A DNA stretch of 64,000 bases. Origin: Octopus bimaculoides. Its lineage: Eukaryota. The stretch covers positions 13,524,505 to 13,588,504 of the forward strand of contig NC_068999.1 of NCBI RefSeq assembly GCF_001194135.2. Direction: 5' to 3'. The position numbers and the translations under genes are program-made. The notes under the pieces are model-generated. The model worked only from the letters and a program-made list of their open reading frames with translations. It did not search any database and was not told the origin of the DNA. This document shows positions 39,426 to 53,227 of the stretch, in pieces. Each line of letters begins with the position of its first letter. Position 1 is the stretch's first letter.

Positions 39426-41818
39426 CAACAGAATGAAGTAACAGTTTATTTGCTAATATTTCGAATAATAGAATACCTTGTTCACCTTCCTTCACACATA
39501 TTTTTTGATACATCACACTTTGAAATTCAAAGAAAACGATATTAACAAAGATAATTTCAGACGCAGCATATAGTGTTGTTAGAGTATAGCAAGACTATGT
39601 TAATCCAATTGTAGTCGTGATGATATTTCATACAGGCTCTTAAACTTCAATTGTCAGCTTGAAATAAGGTATACCTGTAGAATGTCTCCGTCGTTATTTC
39701 AATGCGGTTTCCCTTCTAGTCCATTCCATTGAAGCCACTGTTCTTAACTCATATGAAGATAGAAGTGACTTGAAAGTTCTACGATGTCAACATAAAATGA
39801 ATTCTGCTTCAATTCGAAGTTATTCTTTCGGAGGATACCACTCATAAAAAAACGTTGTTTTAACAATGTCAACATTGCCTGCACTTAACTGGAGATCAAT
39901 CTATCTCGGCCTCTTTATAATTTATGTTGTAGCTCACACGCATGCTCTGTTCCAATGTGTATATATGTTTCAATGTGAACTATTCTGAACTATCGTATAT
40001 ATGTGTGTGTGTGTACATCTAAATATATGTGTGTGAGTGTGTGTGTGTATGCATACTACATATATACGTATGTGTGTGTTTCTACATACATATATACATG
40101 CACATATACATGTCCATATATGAATGCTTCTATGTCTCACACACCTCTGTACATTGTATACTATAATGACTTTATAATAAACGTAGCGTTAACTAAACTT
40201 CCGCTGACCTCAAGCGTTTTCGCACATTTTACGAACATGCGTAATAAGTTTATTTGCTAAAGGCTTACATTGTAAATGTGTTGGTATATGGATGAGATTT
40301 CGATGAGCGAATATTCAAATATACTATGAATCATGTATACGCATAGCCCTCTGGAAATATTATCTCATTATCTTTCTAGATATCTGGTATCAGCGGTTAA
40401 ATTATAGTATATTTTTACGAAAAGTAGATTATTTCGTTCCAGTATATAATACTTGTTCGTTCATAAGTTAAATCTTAACGAACCAGTATAGGTTTTCTCA
40501 AAGATAATCTCGAGTAAATATAGCTGCGGTTCATTACCACGTTATAAAACACCTTGAGAAAACTTTTGTTTGCAGTTTACTAAAGTAGCACCATGTACTG
40601 TAACTTATCTTTATCAAGCTTTGCTACGAACATGGGTGGTTCAGCGTGTCTTGCCCAAATCAACCAAGACATCAGATTTAATTGTTGCATCTGCGTGAGG
40701 TACAATGTGGAAATTGTAATAGTAACACTTAATGTCTCTGTGCGTCTTATAAATGGCGTTACAATTATTTTCCAGTACATTTACTTGTCGTGGATGATCA
40801 CTTGTTAACGTTAAAATATCTCATTTCTCCATCATTTTCTCTTGAAGTAACCAGCCCATTGATTTGAGTTACACTTTGCCTGTCGGTATAATGTAAATCC
40901 ATAAGAAGACCAAATTAGTAAATTTCGTTCATCTCTTTTGGTAAGCATGTAGATTTTGTTTTCGGCTTATAAAGTTTTATTAAAATTGGATAATCGATTA
41001 CTTCGGCCAGAATTCATAATTCGAAATTGCCTTAAATATAATTAATTAAGCAATATAAAAATAATATCTAACTTAGTTAATTACATATTGATGAATCGTT
41101 TATAGTTTATTAGTGTTATACAATGTTCATATGTGCAAAAACCAAATTCATCCTTTGATGTCCCTGCCAAGGATTTTTGGTGAAAGCATACACAGGATAT
41201 TTAGTCTCTTCTTTAGAGATACTGTTGCTAGTTCCTTCCAAGTCAGTGTCCTTCCAAGTCAGTGCCATATATACTTCCAGGATGACAGGTTAAACACTGA
41301 ACTTTTGCGTTTATCATCTTAGGAGATTAATGCTCAAGAAAGAGAATAAGTCCATCGCTGGTTCATTGAAATAGTTTAGTTTGTCTTGCTTTCTAACACG
41401 AAGAGCAGTAATCGAGAAACACTTTCCTTACAAACATTCCGAAATGAATATTCTATTTTTCTCGAAGATTAAAATAAGACTAATAATGGTACGGTAAACA
41501 GGTAGTGCATAAGCATTTTCTCCACATTACATTAATGACGAATGTCTCACACTTAAAGTGTAAGAACATTTTCAAAACAAGGCAAACTTTATTCACTGGT
41601 GCTTTAGAAATTAAATACTATGTTTCAAAAGTAACGTCAATAAGCGTTTTATAATAGGTCTCAAATATCATGACTAACCTAGGTATTAATACCATGCAAT
41701 ACGATAGATAACGAAATAAAAATACATTTTCTTGGCATTTCGATATGCATAATAATTGAAAATATGGCAATATTTTTATTTTGAAATGCTCTGCAAGCAT
41801 GTAAACATGTATATATAT

Positions 41819-41854
<36 letters not shown>

Positions 41855-41860
41855 CCCCCA

Positions 41861-41903
<43 letters not shown>

Positions 41904-42002
41904 TTCTCTCTGTGTCTGTGCCTTTGTATCCGTAACTGTCCCCATAACTAACACCACGTACACTTGGCCGGTGGCCTATGGACAAATTCTGTACGTTCTT
42001 AT

Positions 42003-42596
42003 TCCATTCTAAACGCTTTGCAACGTTAGTTTTTGAAAGTAGTCGTTTTCTGATTGCAGCCCTGTCGTGAAATCCGGTTTTGTGCAGCTCTCGGCATACA
42101 GTCTTTGCGCAAAGTGGGTTCTCCTGACAGTCATTCAGTTCTACAGTAATTTTGAGAGCTGTACCTTTTTGATCCTTTCTAAGAATTCGCGTAAGAGTGT
42201 GATGGTCCCTATCTGAAAGATTTGGTTTTCTCTCGGAGTTTATTTCGACTGGGATGTTTTCTCCTCTTTCTTAAAAGCTGTTATAATTTTCCAGAGAGTA
42301 CGTCTTGATACACCGAATATTTCGGTTGTTTTCGTTACGCTAGCGCCTGCCATACGAACACCAATAATTTGACCTCTTTGAAATCCGAAAGATCTCTCAT
42401 TTTAATGAATATTAATAACCTTTTTACTGGCGAAATCTGAAAATGATCAACGATTTTAGCAAAACATATTAATTAAGCAACACTAATAATAAATCAAAAT
42501 CATAAAAATAGACACGTTTTTTGATGGTTTTACAGAAATCTCAGAATCGTGATGCTATGATGCTATGCCTTTCCATTATTTTATCGAACCCCTGTA
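42003..42596 (-). mobile_element. Tc1-like transposon left half (TIR, TA, transposase N-terminus)
   Basis: Terminal TA-CAGGGGTTCGATAAAATAATGGAAA. ATG at 42400 and, across a frameshift, M.DLSDFQRGQIIGVRMAGASVTKTTEIFGVSR...RKPNLSDRDHHTLTRI...RELHKTGFH.RAAIRK. Confidence 0.9.
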
Positions 42597-42609
42597 AGTA
42601 AAGGTTTAA

Positions 42610-42800
42610 GGCGATCCACTTTACAAATGGATGATCTGGGGAGCTATATCTTGGAAATCCGCGGGCCAAAGGGTTTCCCTTCATCACATAATTATTTAAG
42701 CATTTTATCTGATCAGATTCAACCAATATTTGCCGAACTTTTTCCGCAGGGAAACGCAATCTTTCAGGATGATACTGCACCAATTCACACAGTTAAATTA
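42610..42800 (+). mobile_element. Tc1 transposase DDE-domain fragment, inverted relative to the left half
   Basis: MIWGAISWKSAG...NYLSILSDQIQPIFAELFPQGNAIFQDDTAPIHT. Confidence 0.85.
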
Positions 42801-44409
42801 CATCTCCGCTGATACTTCTAGACAAAAACATGTTAACGAATGTTAATCATGCAAAACTTCACCGCCTCAATACGTAAGCAACACTCACTAAAAGCTAACT
42901 CAGAATTTCTCGTCTTAAAAGACAGTAACTGCAGGACAATAAAATGACATTAAACGTATAACTTCATGCCGATAGGTTTTTGGAAACGCGGAACAAAAAG
43001 CAACAATGAAATAGTATCATTGACACCTTTTTGCTGCTCTTAGATTTCGTACATTGCAATTAGTAATCTTGGTGTATCAATCCCCGTGATTCCATCTGTT
43101 TTATCATTTGCTTGCGATCAAGAGTCATATTTGATTGGCTTAATCTCTGCGCAATTAATATACACAATTTTGTTAGTAATTATATAGATTCCAATGACAA
43201 ATAGAAATGTCTCATGAATGACATTCATTACTCACCGACATATTTAATTTCAATATAGCGAGGAATGACTATCCTTTATTACCCTTCCAGGTGTGATAAA
43301 ATAATTACTAGTTATATATTATTTGCAATTTCAGTCTGTTAAATGATTATTTCTAAATGTATTGATTCAACTTAATGTAACTTTCGAATTATATTCCCAC
43401 GAACGAAGCTGTTTAACGAGCAATATCCCTGATTCTAATAGCATTATCATCGAATTGCTGGCCACGTAAATTATTTCATATTCATACTCTGTATTCTATT
43501 AACAGTTTAGCAAAAATGTGAATGAAATAGAATGTAGGAAACACATTATGTCGACGGACATTTAACTCGTTTATCCTATACATTTGCCGCTAATCTCACA
43601 TATATTAACGGTGGATTTTCGTTTTGTTATTGCTATTAATGACGTTATTAGTGGCAGCAGCGTTACACTTATAAACAATGGCATTTTTGTTTATGTAAAA
43701 GTGAATAGTGTGTGACAGGTATGCAAAGCTTTCCAATTTTCAGGAATAATCAAACATGAAGATTTGATTTGTGTTTTTTAGTACGCCAGAAGGCTAAGTT
43801 ATGATATGATGTATTTTTTTTTTTGTTTTCAGAACAAAAATCGGTAATATTGATTTAGCTGATAATATTGCCGTTTTACATTGTAGACTGCTGTGCCTTC
43901 TTAATAAATAACTAGATCCAAGATCAGGAAGATTTCAAACATATAGTACAGTAGTTAATTTTGCAGTTAATACCTTTTCCTACTCATTATATGAATCAAA
44001 TTAGTCTCATACTGAAGCGAAATATGAGTGGAGTGCAATGAGCATAACAATACAGTTTCCAGTTGGCTTGGTTCTTCTGAATCGCAAGTAAATCTGTGCT
44101 CAATAGATATAATTGAGTACAGATTTATAATTACCAGTAAATTGTATATGAAACAGAAAAACACACTGCGTTATCGGATTCGGAAAATAATTTATCATAA
44201 ATAAAGTTTGGGTCCAGAAGTCACTACTGTACACTGAAATACATTTTTCTTATTAAATATTTCCATTATTTTTTTGCGAACAATAAATATACTTAGGGGA
44301 TAATATTTTTAATTAGTTTTCAAAATTATATCCTTCAAATGGCCGCCAAAATCTTTTGAATTGCCGAGCTATTGGTAAAGATTGTCCTGTTTAACCGCTT
44401 AACTGTTTA

Positions 44410-44813
44410 ACTTCTTTCAGTCATTTGACTGTGGCCATGCTGGAGCACCACCTTTAGTCGAGCAAATCGACCCCAAAATTTATTCTTTGTAAGCCTAGTA
44501 CTTATCCTATCGGTCTCTTTTGCCGAAACGCTAAGTTACGTGGGCGTAAACATACCAGCAACGGTTGTCAAGCGACGTGGGAGGGGGACAAACACGGACG
44601 CACGGACACACACATACACGCACACGTACACACACACACACACACGCACACACACACNNNNNNNNNNNNNNNNNNNNNNNNNNNNNNNNNNNNNNNNNNN
44701 NNNNNNNNNNNNNNNNNNNNNNNNNNNNNNNNNNNNNNNNNNNNNNNNNNNNNNNNNNNNNNNNNNNNNNNNNNNNNNNNNNNNNNNNNNNNNNNNNNNN
44801 NNNNNNNNNNNNN

Positions 44814-44845
<32 letters not shown>

Positions 44846-45006
44846 CATACATACGACGAGCTTCTTTCAGTTTCCGTCTACCAAATCCACTCGCAAGGCT
44901 TTGGTCGGCCCGAGGCTACAGTAGAAGACACTTGCCCAAGGTGTCACGCAGTGAGACTGAACCCGGAACCATGTGGTTGGTAAGCAAGCTACTTCCCACA
45001 CAGACC
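44410..45006 (-). mobile_element. Composite tRNA-derived SINE: head 44853-45006, (TA)n/(TG)n with gap, 3' module 44410-44595
   Basis: Minus head TGTGTGGGAAGTAGCTTGCTTACCAACCACATGGTTCCGGGTTCAGTC (B-box-like). The 3' module has GGGGTCGATTTGCTCGACTAAAGGTGGTGCTCCAGCATGG. Confidence 0.9.
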
Positions 45007-45269
45007 ACCATACCCGATGACCAAATGCATTTAGAGTATTTTGAAAATATCTCCCTTTGGTCTGTCCATCACCAGACCAACTAATGGACAATAGGTCAGT
45101 CTTACTGCTACTATTACTCCGTTGTGTTTTCTAACTGTAGGGAATCCATCAACATGTTCCGATAAGACACTTTTTCTTCTACTTTGCTACCTCATTCTCA
45201 AAGAAATGAGCAAAATACTATTTCCCACACTTATCCCACATCAAACTGGTAGTTTTACGGCTGCAGCAT

Positions 45270-45420
45270 ACGTTGTTGACTATTGTTGACTTTTCACTCG
45301 TCCACCATAAAAATATTTATTTATTGGCAAAGCTTTTTCCATGAATGTGGGCTTCATCACCCATAACGATGCTCTGAAAGCAATCAAATTCTTGTTTTGT
45401 CAAATCTTGGATCATAGACG
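45270..45420 (-). mobile_element. Tc1/mariner-superfamily transposase scrap
   Basis: FQSIVMGDEAHIHGKSFANK..LWW..E, around the first catalytic D. Confidence 0.55.
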
Positions 45421-47489
45421 ATGAATTGTTGCCTTCAGTAGTGCAAAGGTTTGCACTTTAGAAGACGTTATATTCAGCATCATTTTAAAACTTCTGTGAT
45501 AAGCTTTCGGATATGCCCAGCTTCTGGGATCGCCTTCGTATTGATGTTGAAGTTTCGTATTCAATGCACCCTCGTAGACATCAATTACTTTTGTTTCTTG
45601 ATCTGTCATGGATTCCTCTATGATAATCTCCAAGAATTGCATGTCAATATTCTAAAACAAAAATATGAAAAAATAAAAAATTATGTGTAAAGCGTTTATT
45701 AATTTTCACAATGCTCTGGTGACTTTTATGCAACTGTGCGTCACACATTTAAATTGACCTGGCATGCGGAACAGAAATTCATCAATGACGTAACATATAT
45801 TCATATATTATTGGGAACTTGTTCAAGGTGGCTGTACTGAGTTTGAGTGTGCTAACAGATGTCAATATATAGTTATGAGTTGTCATCACTCTATGGGCGT
45901 GTGTGTGTGTGTGTGTGTGTGTGTTTGTGTGCGTGTGTATGTATGTGTGTGTGTGTGTATGTGTGTTTGTGCATGTGTGCTAAGATATATGTCAATATTT
46001 GCAGTGGTATGCGAAGTGATAGCTCTAATTTTTGCAATATTTCTAACCACAACACTGATGTCTTTGCGAGCCGTTTTGATAACAAATATAACGTTAATGA
46101 AGACGGCGCTAATATTAACAGCATGGATGACAGGGCTTATAATAGTGCTAACAGTATCAATCTCGACACAATGTGGATGTAACGAAGTATACATAATTGT
46201 TATTTCTGGACGAACAATCCTCTACGCCTGACGATGTTTATGTATGCATAATGCATTTAAGAAATCCAGCATCCATAACGCTAGAATTTAGAATGGATCA
46301 GCAATCGATTTAAATTCTCATTCCTTGCACTTTGTTAAACACTTTTCACTTTGTTAAACGTTCAACGTAAAGTTACTTTACTCGCCGTCGTACATTCTCC
46401 ATCTTAAAACGGTAGCTTTCATTACGATATGTTTTAGTATAATCGATTCTAAAATATCAAATATAGGAAGTCGCCAACTATATATTTCATGAAGCCGGGC
46501 ATCACTCAGAAAATTTAGCGGGAATGAAGACTTCCTCCTTGATATATATCCGACGTAATTACTTTATTCTCAATCACTGTTAGAAAATATTTTCCATAAA
46601 AACATAAATCATTACGTTCCAAGCAAATTTGTTCACTCTTCCTATTCAACTGCATACCCCTTCGCCTTTATTGCATTTCAGAGCTTACAATTGTTCTCCA
46701 TCTTATCGTCTTTCCAACTCACCAAATATACATTTCTAGTTCTCATGCCTCTGTTAGAAGGTCTTCGATAACTTTTGTCTCTGCTTACTATCTCTTGTGT
46801 CACTGATTTATCGAGGAGCAATTTCAATAATCATACAAAATACTGATGAGCACATGTTTCCTTTCGTTTTGCGATTTTGTGAAGATTTTACTTAGATATG
46901 ATCGTTCTATGTTTGTTCGATGCTCATATGTACGCTTCTTTCAAAATATCTCTTTATCGTTATCCTACCCAGCCGCGTTCGATTAAGAGTAATGAATTTA
47001 TTTTCGGTCTTCCATTTTTAGACCTATATCATTAACATCTAAGCTTATAGTTGTCGAGTTTCTATTCAATTAGGTTGCATTTGCTAGTTTCTCTCCCAAG
47101 ATTTTATTGCCAATATTTATATATTATACCGATAGTTTAAATCCTATCATAATTGGTTCATTCTCTGATACCGTAACTTTCTCTTTCCCTTCCCCATCTA
47201 CATATATATCCTTCACTATAACACCTGATTTCATTCATTGTATATTCTAATTTCTGAAAATATATTATTCAGATGTATCTTGAATTTGCATCAGGAAGCT
47301 AAGAGTATCTGTGCAGGTTGATATAAGCAACGACAATAGCAACTAAATATTGCAAAACATATAAGGTTATATAAAAAAAGTAGCTGATAAATCAGAAGCT
47401 GTATAGCGGGAGTTTGGAAACCAATATAATTTGTATAAATGTGTATCCGTGTGAATACATTTCTTATGCCTGATAATTTAACATATTTG

Positions 47490-47520
47490 CAGCGTGCTAA
47501 CGTTTCTGCCAGCTCGCCGC
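47490..47520 (-). mobile_element. SINE head fragment (family of 13445-13630)
   Basis: Minus strand GCGGCGAGCTGGCAGAAACGTTAGCACGC. Confidence 0.55.
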
Positions 47521-49034
47521 ATTCCCGCTGACGTATATTGAAATTAATTAGCTAGAGTGATATGTATAGAGAGAGCGGCAACAATGTCATTCCTGTGGCC
47601 CACTCTAGGAGATTCTGTTTCGGTAGAGTGTCGAAGCGAGAGACAGAGAGAGGTAGTCACAGACAAAGATGGATATATTCTGAGACCATCACCTGGTAAT
47701 AAAGTTTTCAAATATCAGAAGAACGAAATGCAATATTAAATCATGCTTCGGTATTCCTCTGAGACTACAAAAACATGGAGCGATTTTAAAAATCGGTGTA
47801 AATTATTGAGACCCCAATAATTTTCGAAAATCGAATAAAGTTGTGTATCAGGTATTCAATCTATTGAGAAAAAACAAAAGAAGCCCCATTTATACTCCTG
47901 CTACAACCGTTGCATATAGAAGCTATCTGATGCTATCTATTTATGAATTAATTTTCAATATGAAGAGCATGACGTATCTGTAAAATTATTTTCTTTATTT
48001 TGGGTACTGAGCAAAACTAATTCGGAAAGACGTGAGTTTTGTGCAAGAAACTAGCTTCATAATCCATACCCACGTATTTATACTCATTAAGGATACTTCA
48101 CATGTCACGAAGTATTTGAAAAGTTTGATGTGAATGAATTTTAAAAAATTAAAGAAGCGCACTAACGTTGTTATATTAAATTTCATTTTCATTGAAAATG
48201 AACACCGTGCTTGCAGTATTTTAATAATTATAATTCGAAAACTAATGGAAGTCGAATATCATTTACTATAGATTATTGAATATTAGTTCAAGAAATCTGT
48301 CCTTCATTGTGGAAGCATTGGAAATTTAAATCTTGTAGCGTTGCATATTGTCATTATTAAGATATTTTCTTTTGACTTTTTTTTTATTTTTAAATTTCAA
48401 CATTCGCGTTTCACTGATTTTGAATATTTTGTAATTAGAACGTTCATACAATATACGAATTTTATTTATTAACATCGAAAGAGACATAACACATATCCAC
48501 TGAATAACTTCTATATTTATACATACATTAGTACATGAATATATACATGCTTTCCTATATACATGTATATAAGTAAGGCGAGATTACTATTTGGATAACT
48601 ACGGCATTTAAACACCGCTAATTATTCATCGAAAATGTACACCTAACTTCTATATTCAATCTGCTAAACTCTATACCCCAACTAATATTTCAGTTTCTGT
48701 ACTTGTTTGTGTAATTATATTTAAAGTTAATTCAGTGAACATATTCAACTGCATCAAACAGGAAGGACTATTGAAATTAAAGTGTACATTGTTATTCAGT
48801 GTTTCGCCTCAACAATAATATATGCAAGCGTTCTTTTTGTCGCAATATCTCTTTTGGCTGTCGAATATAAGTATGTTAGCTCGGGTCCATTTGACATGGA
48901 GGTTTACCTATAATTTTAAAGCCAACTTAGCCATCTTTCTGCATATATACCTAACTGTGACATTTATGCATATACACATTAAACCTACACACGCATAGAA
49001 TCCTTTCTCTCACTATCTTTCATAATACCTTTCT

Positions 49035-49820
49035 ACGTTCAAAATGCCTTATCTCCTTTGAATCTCACTTCAAATGTGTAATATTTCAAAACAACCACCG
49101 ACGTTTTGAAAATACACTTAGTGTTTGGGATAAATGCCCGATAGCACTCTCTGGCACACTAGAAGCCGTAGATAGGTCACTAAGGGATATTAAAAACAAT
49201 ACTAAAATTATGGTCAGGTTCAACTGTTATCCTTACAGGGGATTTCTGTCAAATATTACAAGTCATACCGCGGGGTAAGCGAGCTGATGAGATCTATACC
49301 TGTCTGAATAGGTCTTCACCTATGTGGAGGTTGGTTCGTCAGGTTTTCTTACGGAAGATTATGCGAGCTCATCTCTACAACAACGACTTAGCCGAGGAAT
49401 TCTCTCATCAACTTCTAGAAATTGGAAATGGCATATTATTTTTCAATAACAGCTTGCAGCAGCATGTACTGCAATGTAGGCACATGGTGTCTACATTGGC
49501 TGAGCTTCAAGAAATGGTATTTCCCACATTGAAAGACAACTTCAAAAACGTAGCATGATTCACAGAGAGAGAGAGAGAGAGCTATGTTATCACCTCGGAA
49601 TGAAAGCGTTGATAAAGTATACCATGAACTCCTCCACATTCTATCTGGAGATGATTCAACGTTTTTCTCCATTGATGCTACCATCGACGAACATGTCACT
49701 GTTGAGTATCCATTTGAATTTCTCAACTCTCTACAACACACCGGACTGTCATTGCATAAGTTGTTCCTAAAGAAGGGTGCACCTATCATGCTCTTGAGAA
49801 ATTTGGAATCACCAAGACTG
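49035..49820 (+). mobile_element. Helitron PIF1-like helicase fragment, pseudogenised
   Basis: VWDKCP...LEAVDRSLRDI...GDF.QI..VIPRG.RADE; MRAHL...FS.QLLEIGNG; LSPRN..V; YPFEFLNSL..TGL..HKLFLKKGAPIMLLRNL. Confidence 0.92.
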
Positions 49821-50390
49821 GTTTATCTTTCCTGGTCCAATATTTACTTTAATGAAATATCATAGTCTTTCTTGCTTGAAGTATAATTTTCATTTTTTTA
49901 TTGATAAGTTAATCATGTTCTTGGCGCAGATAATTGCTTTATTTAGTAAGATGTAGTTAATTGAGTGTAATGGCTGCCTATCTCCAGTTGGACGAATTTA
50001 CATTTTGTTTATATCTTGGAGAGTAGTGAACCAGTTGACAGCATCTAGTGTTTTTTTTTTGGGGGGGGGGATTCAATAATTTTCGGTATTTGTCTATGAT
50101 AATTTTGCTAAGTTTTCCAACATTAGATTTGCAAGGGCAGATTGTTTTTTTTTTCAGGCTCATTCAAGGTCTAGATGGTTCATAAACTTTAGTTACGTCG
50201 TCAATTCGGTATTCACTCATTATTTCTTTGGCGTTATGCGATTCCTTTTTGTGGATTCCTTTCCATAACATTACAACCCAGAAAACATGCATACATACAT
50301 ACATGCATGCATACACACACATACACAAACACACATACACACACACATACACACACACACACATATACATATATATGTATATATATATAT

Positions 50391-50500
50391 ACGACGGGCT
50401 TCTTCTAGTCTCAGTTTCGGTCGGCCTGAGGCTATAGCAGAAGAAACTTGTCCAACGTACCACACAGTGGTTATTACCCCACATCCACTACTGCGCCTAT
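50391..50500 (-). mobile_element. Internally deleted SINE head (family of 44853-45006)
   Basis: ACGACGGGCTTCTT...GGTCGGCCTGAGGCTATAGCAGAAGAAACTTGTCCAA. Confidence 0.75.
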
Positions 50501-50569
50501 TTATATATTCATATATTCATATATACTTTATATATGTTATATATTTATGTATATGTACATATGCATATA

Positions 50570-50850
50570 TATTTGTCCATCTTCTGATTGGAAATCGCTT
50601 CAATATACCACGACGTCTAAAACACTTTCGAACTTTTCCACTTTTGTAAACCTCCTTTATCATCCTTTTTTACCTTACTTTCCTTCACCTACCGTCTCCG
50701 TGTTTTTCTCCTTGTCTCCGTATTCTTTCTGTTGAAGAGCGTAGCTCGAAACGTCAAAGACTTTCCGTATTCCCGAGCGTCATACTAATATATACTTTTG
50801 TTATTTACACCACCTGTCCTCGTCTGTTGTTATTATTTGTATATTCTCCC
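50570..50850 (+). mobile_element. Probable Penelope-like pseudo-LTR fragment
   Basis: Pyrimidine-rich unique repeat centred on a minimal HHR. The PLE assignment is inferred from the HHR type. Confidence 0.55.
50724..50760 (+). ncRNA. Minimal type I hammerhead ribozyme with CUGUUGA core
   Basis: UCUUU CUGUUGA A GAGC-GUA-GCUC GAA ACGU C / AAAGA. Stems I and II are perfect, with an ACGU palindrome and a GUC triplet. The only deviation is A6>U. Confidence 0.7.
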
Positions 50851-50909
50851 ATATATATGTATATANNNNNNNNNNNNNNNNNNNNNNNNNNNNNNNNNNN
50901 NNNNNNNNN

Positions 50910-50943
<34 letters not shown>

Positions 50944-53227
50944 TGTGTATGTATATATGTATACGTTTATATGTATGTGTGTATATGTGTGCGATTGTGC
51001 TCCACATTCAAAATGATAGATCAATACGGTACGTAAAATCTTCGTTCACATGATTCTATTCGTGCACAATACTTCACAAAATCTCACAACGAAAGAATGC
51101 AAATACTTTCATCAGCATTACATATAAACATTGTGTTAGATCTCATTTTCGTCACATATCTCACTGTGAGCTATGTTTTGTTTAATTTAACATAGATAAA
51201 TACAATAACAGATCTGAATGGGGAAAATATCTCATTAAATATATAATGGAATATGCCATACTATTGCTTCTTAATGGCGTATCCCTTAATATCGCAATTT
51301 TAATAACATTGCCAGCCAATCTCTATCTTTTGTCGTTCGAATTCACAGCAGGTTACATCACTCTATTACTGGCTTTTAAAGACATTTTTCAGTCGAGAAG
51401 AGAACTTGCTTACATTTACATCCAAGTTCGTATCTCTTATTGTGTGTGGAAAATATATGATTCATAAAATTAACAAGTACGGATACATAATAAATTTGGC
51501 ATGTTCATAAAGCTTGAACTAAATTATTATCTGCGGTTGACGGTTCCTTGAGACAAATCTATATATTTACCTAATTGCAGTCAAAATAAGCTGCATTTCA
51601 GTTCATGACAAAGAATTCAAATAAATATGTGCCAATGACGTATGTTTATTTCTTAATGACAGATTTGGTGGAACTATTGAAAACACATCATTTTATGTGC
51701 TTATAAATCTTGTCATCCTGATTTCGAATACATAACAAGTTGAGTTTACAGACACATTTTCTCATTACGTCACACTACAGAGCTACTGTATGAATCAGTG
51801 GGAATGCAAATTTTCTTGGCTAAAATTCTCCGTCAGTATTTGCTGTCGAAATATCCAAGGATGAGCTGTTTCTGTGAAGTAACGTAACAATTAACTTCTC
51901 AGAATTTAGCAAACGTCTGCTTAAATGAATAGTTAGTTTTCAGAAAAAAGAAACACAAATCCTTCAGAAAAACAAATGCTTATTCAAACCAACATCATCA
52001 CTCATTAACCTTTCTTATAAAAGCAAGTGAAAACCTAACTAACTTTACGGAAGTAATGTATCTAATTATAGCAATTAACTATCTTAATCTACTGCAGTAG
52101 TTAAGAACTTCAATAAATACCCAATTTGCAAGGCTAAATATATTTCAGTTTCTTTCCTGACGTGCATTATCATTTTAACTATTCACAGTATTCCTCTGGT
52201 GTCTTGTTAGCTAATGTTTGGCACAATTCAATTACTGTCACTAATGTTATACGTTTCATGTATCTTCATTTTTGGAGTGATTTCATCGTTACGAAGATGA
52301 ACATCTTGTGTACACATATAGCTGTAAGCAAAGTAAGTGTATGTATATATATATATATATATNNNNNNNNNNNNNNNNNNNNNNNNNNNNNNNNNNNNNN
52401 NNNNNNNNNNNNNNNNNNNNNNNNNNNNNNNNNNNNNNNNNNNNNNNNNNNNNNNNNNNNNNNNNNNNNNNNNNNNNNNNNNNNNNNNNNNNNNNNNNNN
52501 NNNNNNNNNNNNNNNNNNNNNNNNNNNNNNNNNNNNNNNNNNNNNNNNNNNNNNNNNNNNNNNNNNNNNNNNNNNNNNNNNNNNNNNNNNNNNNNNNNNN
52601 NNNNNNNNNNNNNNNNNNNNNNNNNNNNNNNNNNNNNNNNNNNNNNNNNNNNNNNNNNNNNNNNNNNNNNNNNNNNNNNNNNNNNNNNNNNNNNNNNNNN
52701 NNNNNNNNNNNNNNNNNNNNNNNNNNNNNNNNNNNNNNNNNNNNNNNNNNNNNNNNNNNNNNNNNNNNNNNNNNNNNNNNNNNNNNNNNNNNNNNNNNNN
52801 NNNNNNNNNNNNNNNNNNNNNNNNNNNNNNNNNNNNNNNNNNNNNNNNNNNNNNNNNNNNNNNNNNNNNNNNNNNNNNNNNNNNNNNNNNNNNNNNNNNN
52901 NNNNNNNNNNNNNNNNNNNNNNNNNNNNNNNNNNNNNNNNNNNNNNNNNNNNNNNNNNNNNNNNNNNNNNNNNNNNNNNNNNNNNNNNNNNNNNNNNNNN
53001 NNNNNNNNNNNNNNNNNNNNNNNNNNNNNNNNNNNNNNNNNNNNNNNNNNNNNNNNNNNNNNNNNNNNNNNNNNNNNNNNNNNNNNNNNNNNNNNNNNNN
53101 NNNNNNNNNNNNNNNNNNNNNNNNNNNNNNNNNNNNNNNNNNNNNNNNNNNNNNNNNNNNNNNNNNNNNNNNNNNNNNNNNNNNNNNNNNNNNNNNNNNN
53201 NNNATATATATATATATATATATATAT

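Noticed and set aside
52189-52332. 144-nt open segment with AG and gtaagt ends
   Set aside because: The peptide is unrecognisable, it abuts a TA array and gap, and such segments are expected by chance.
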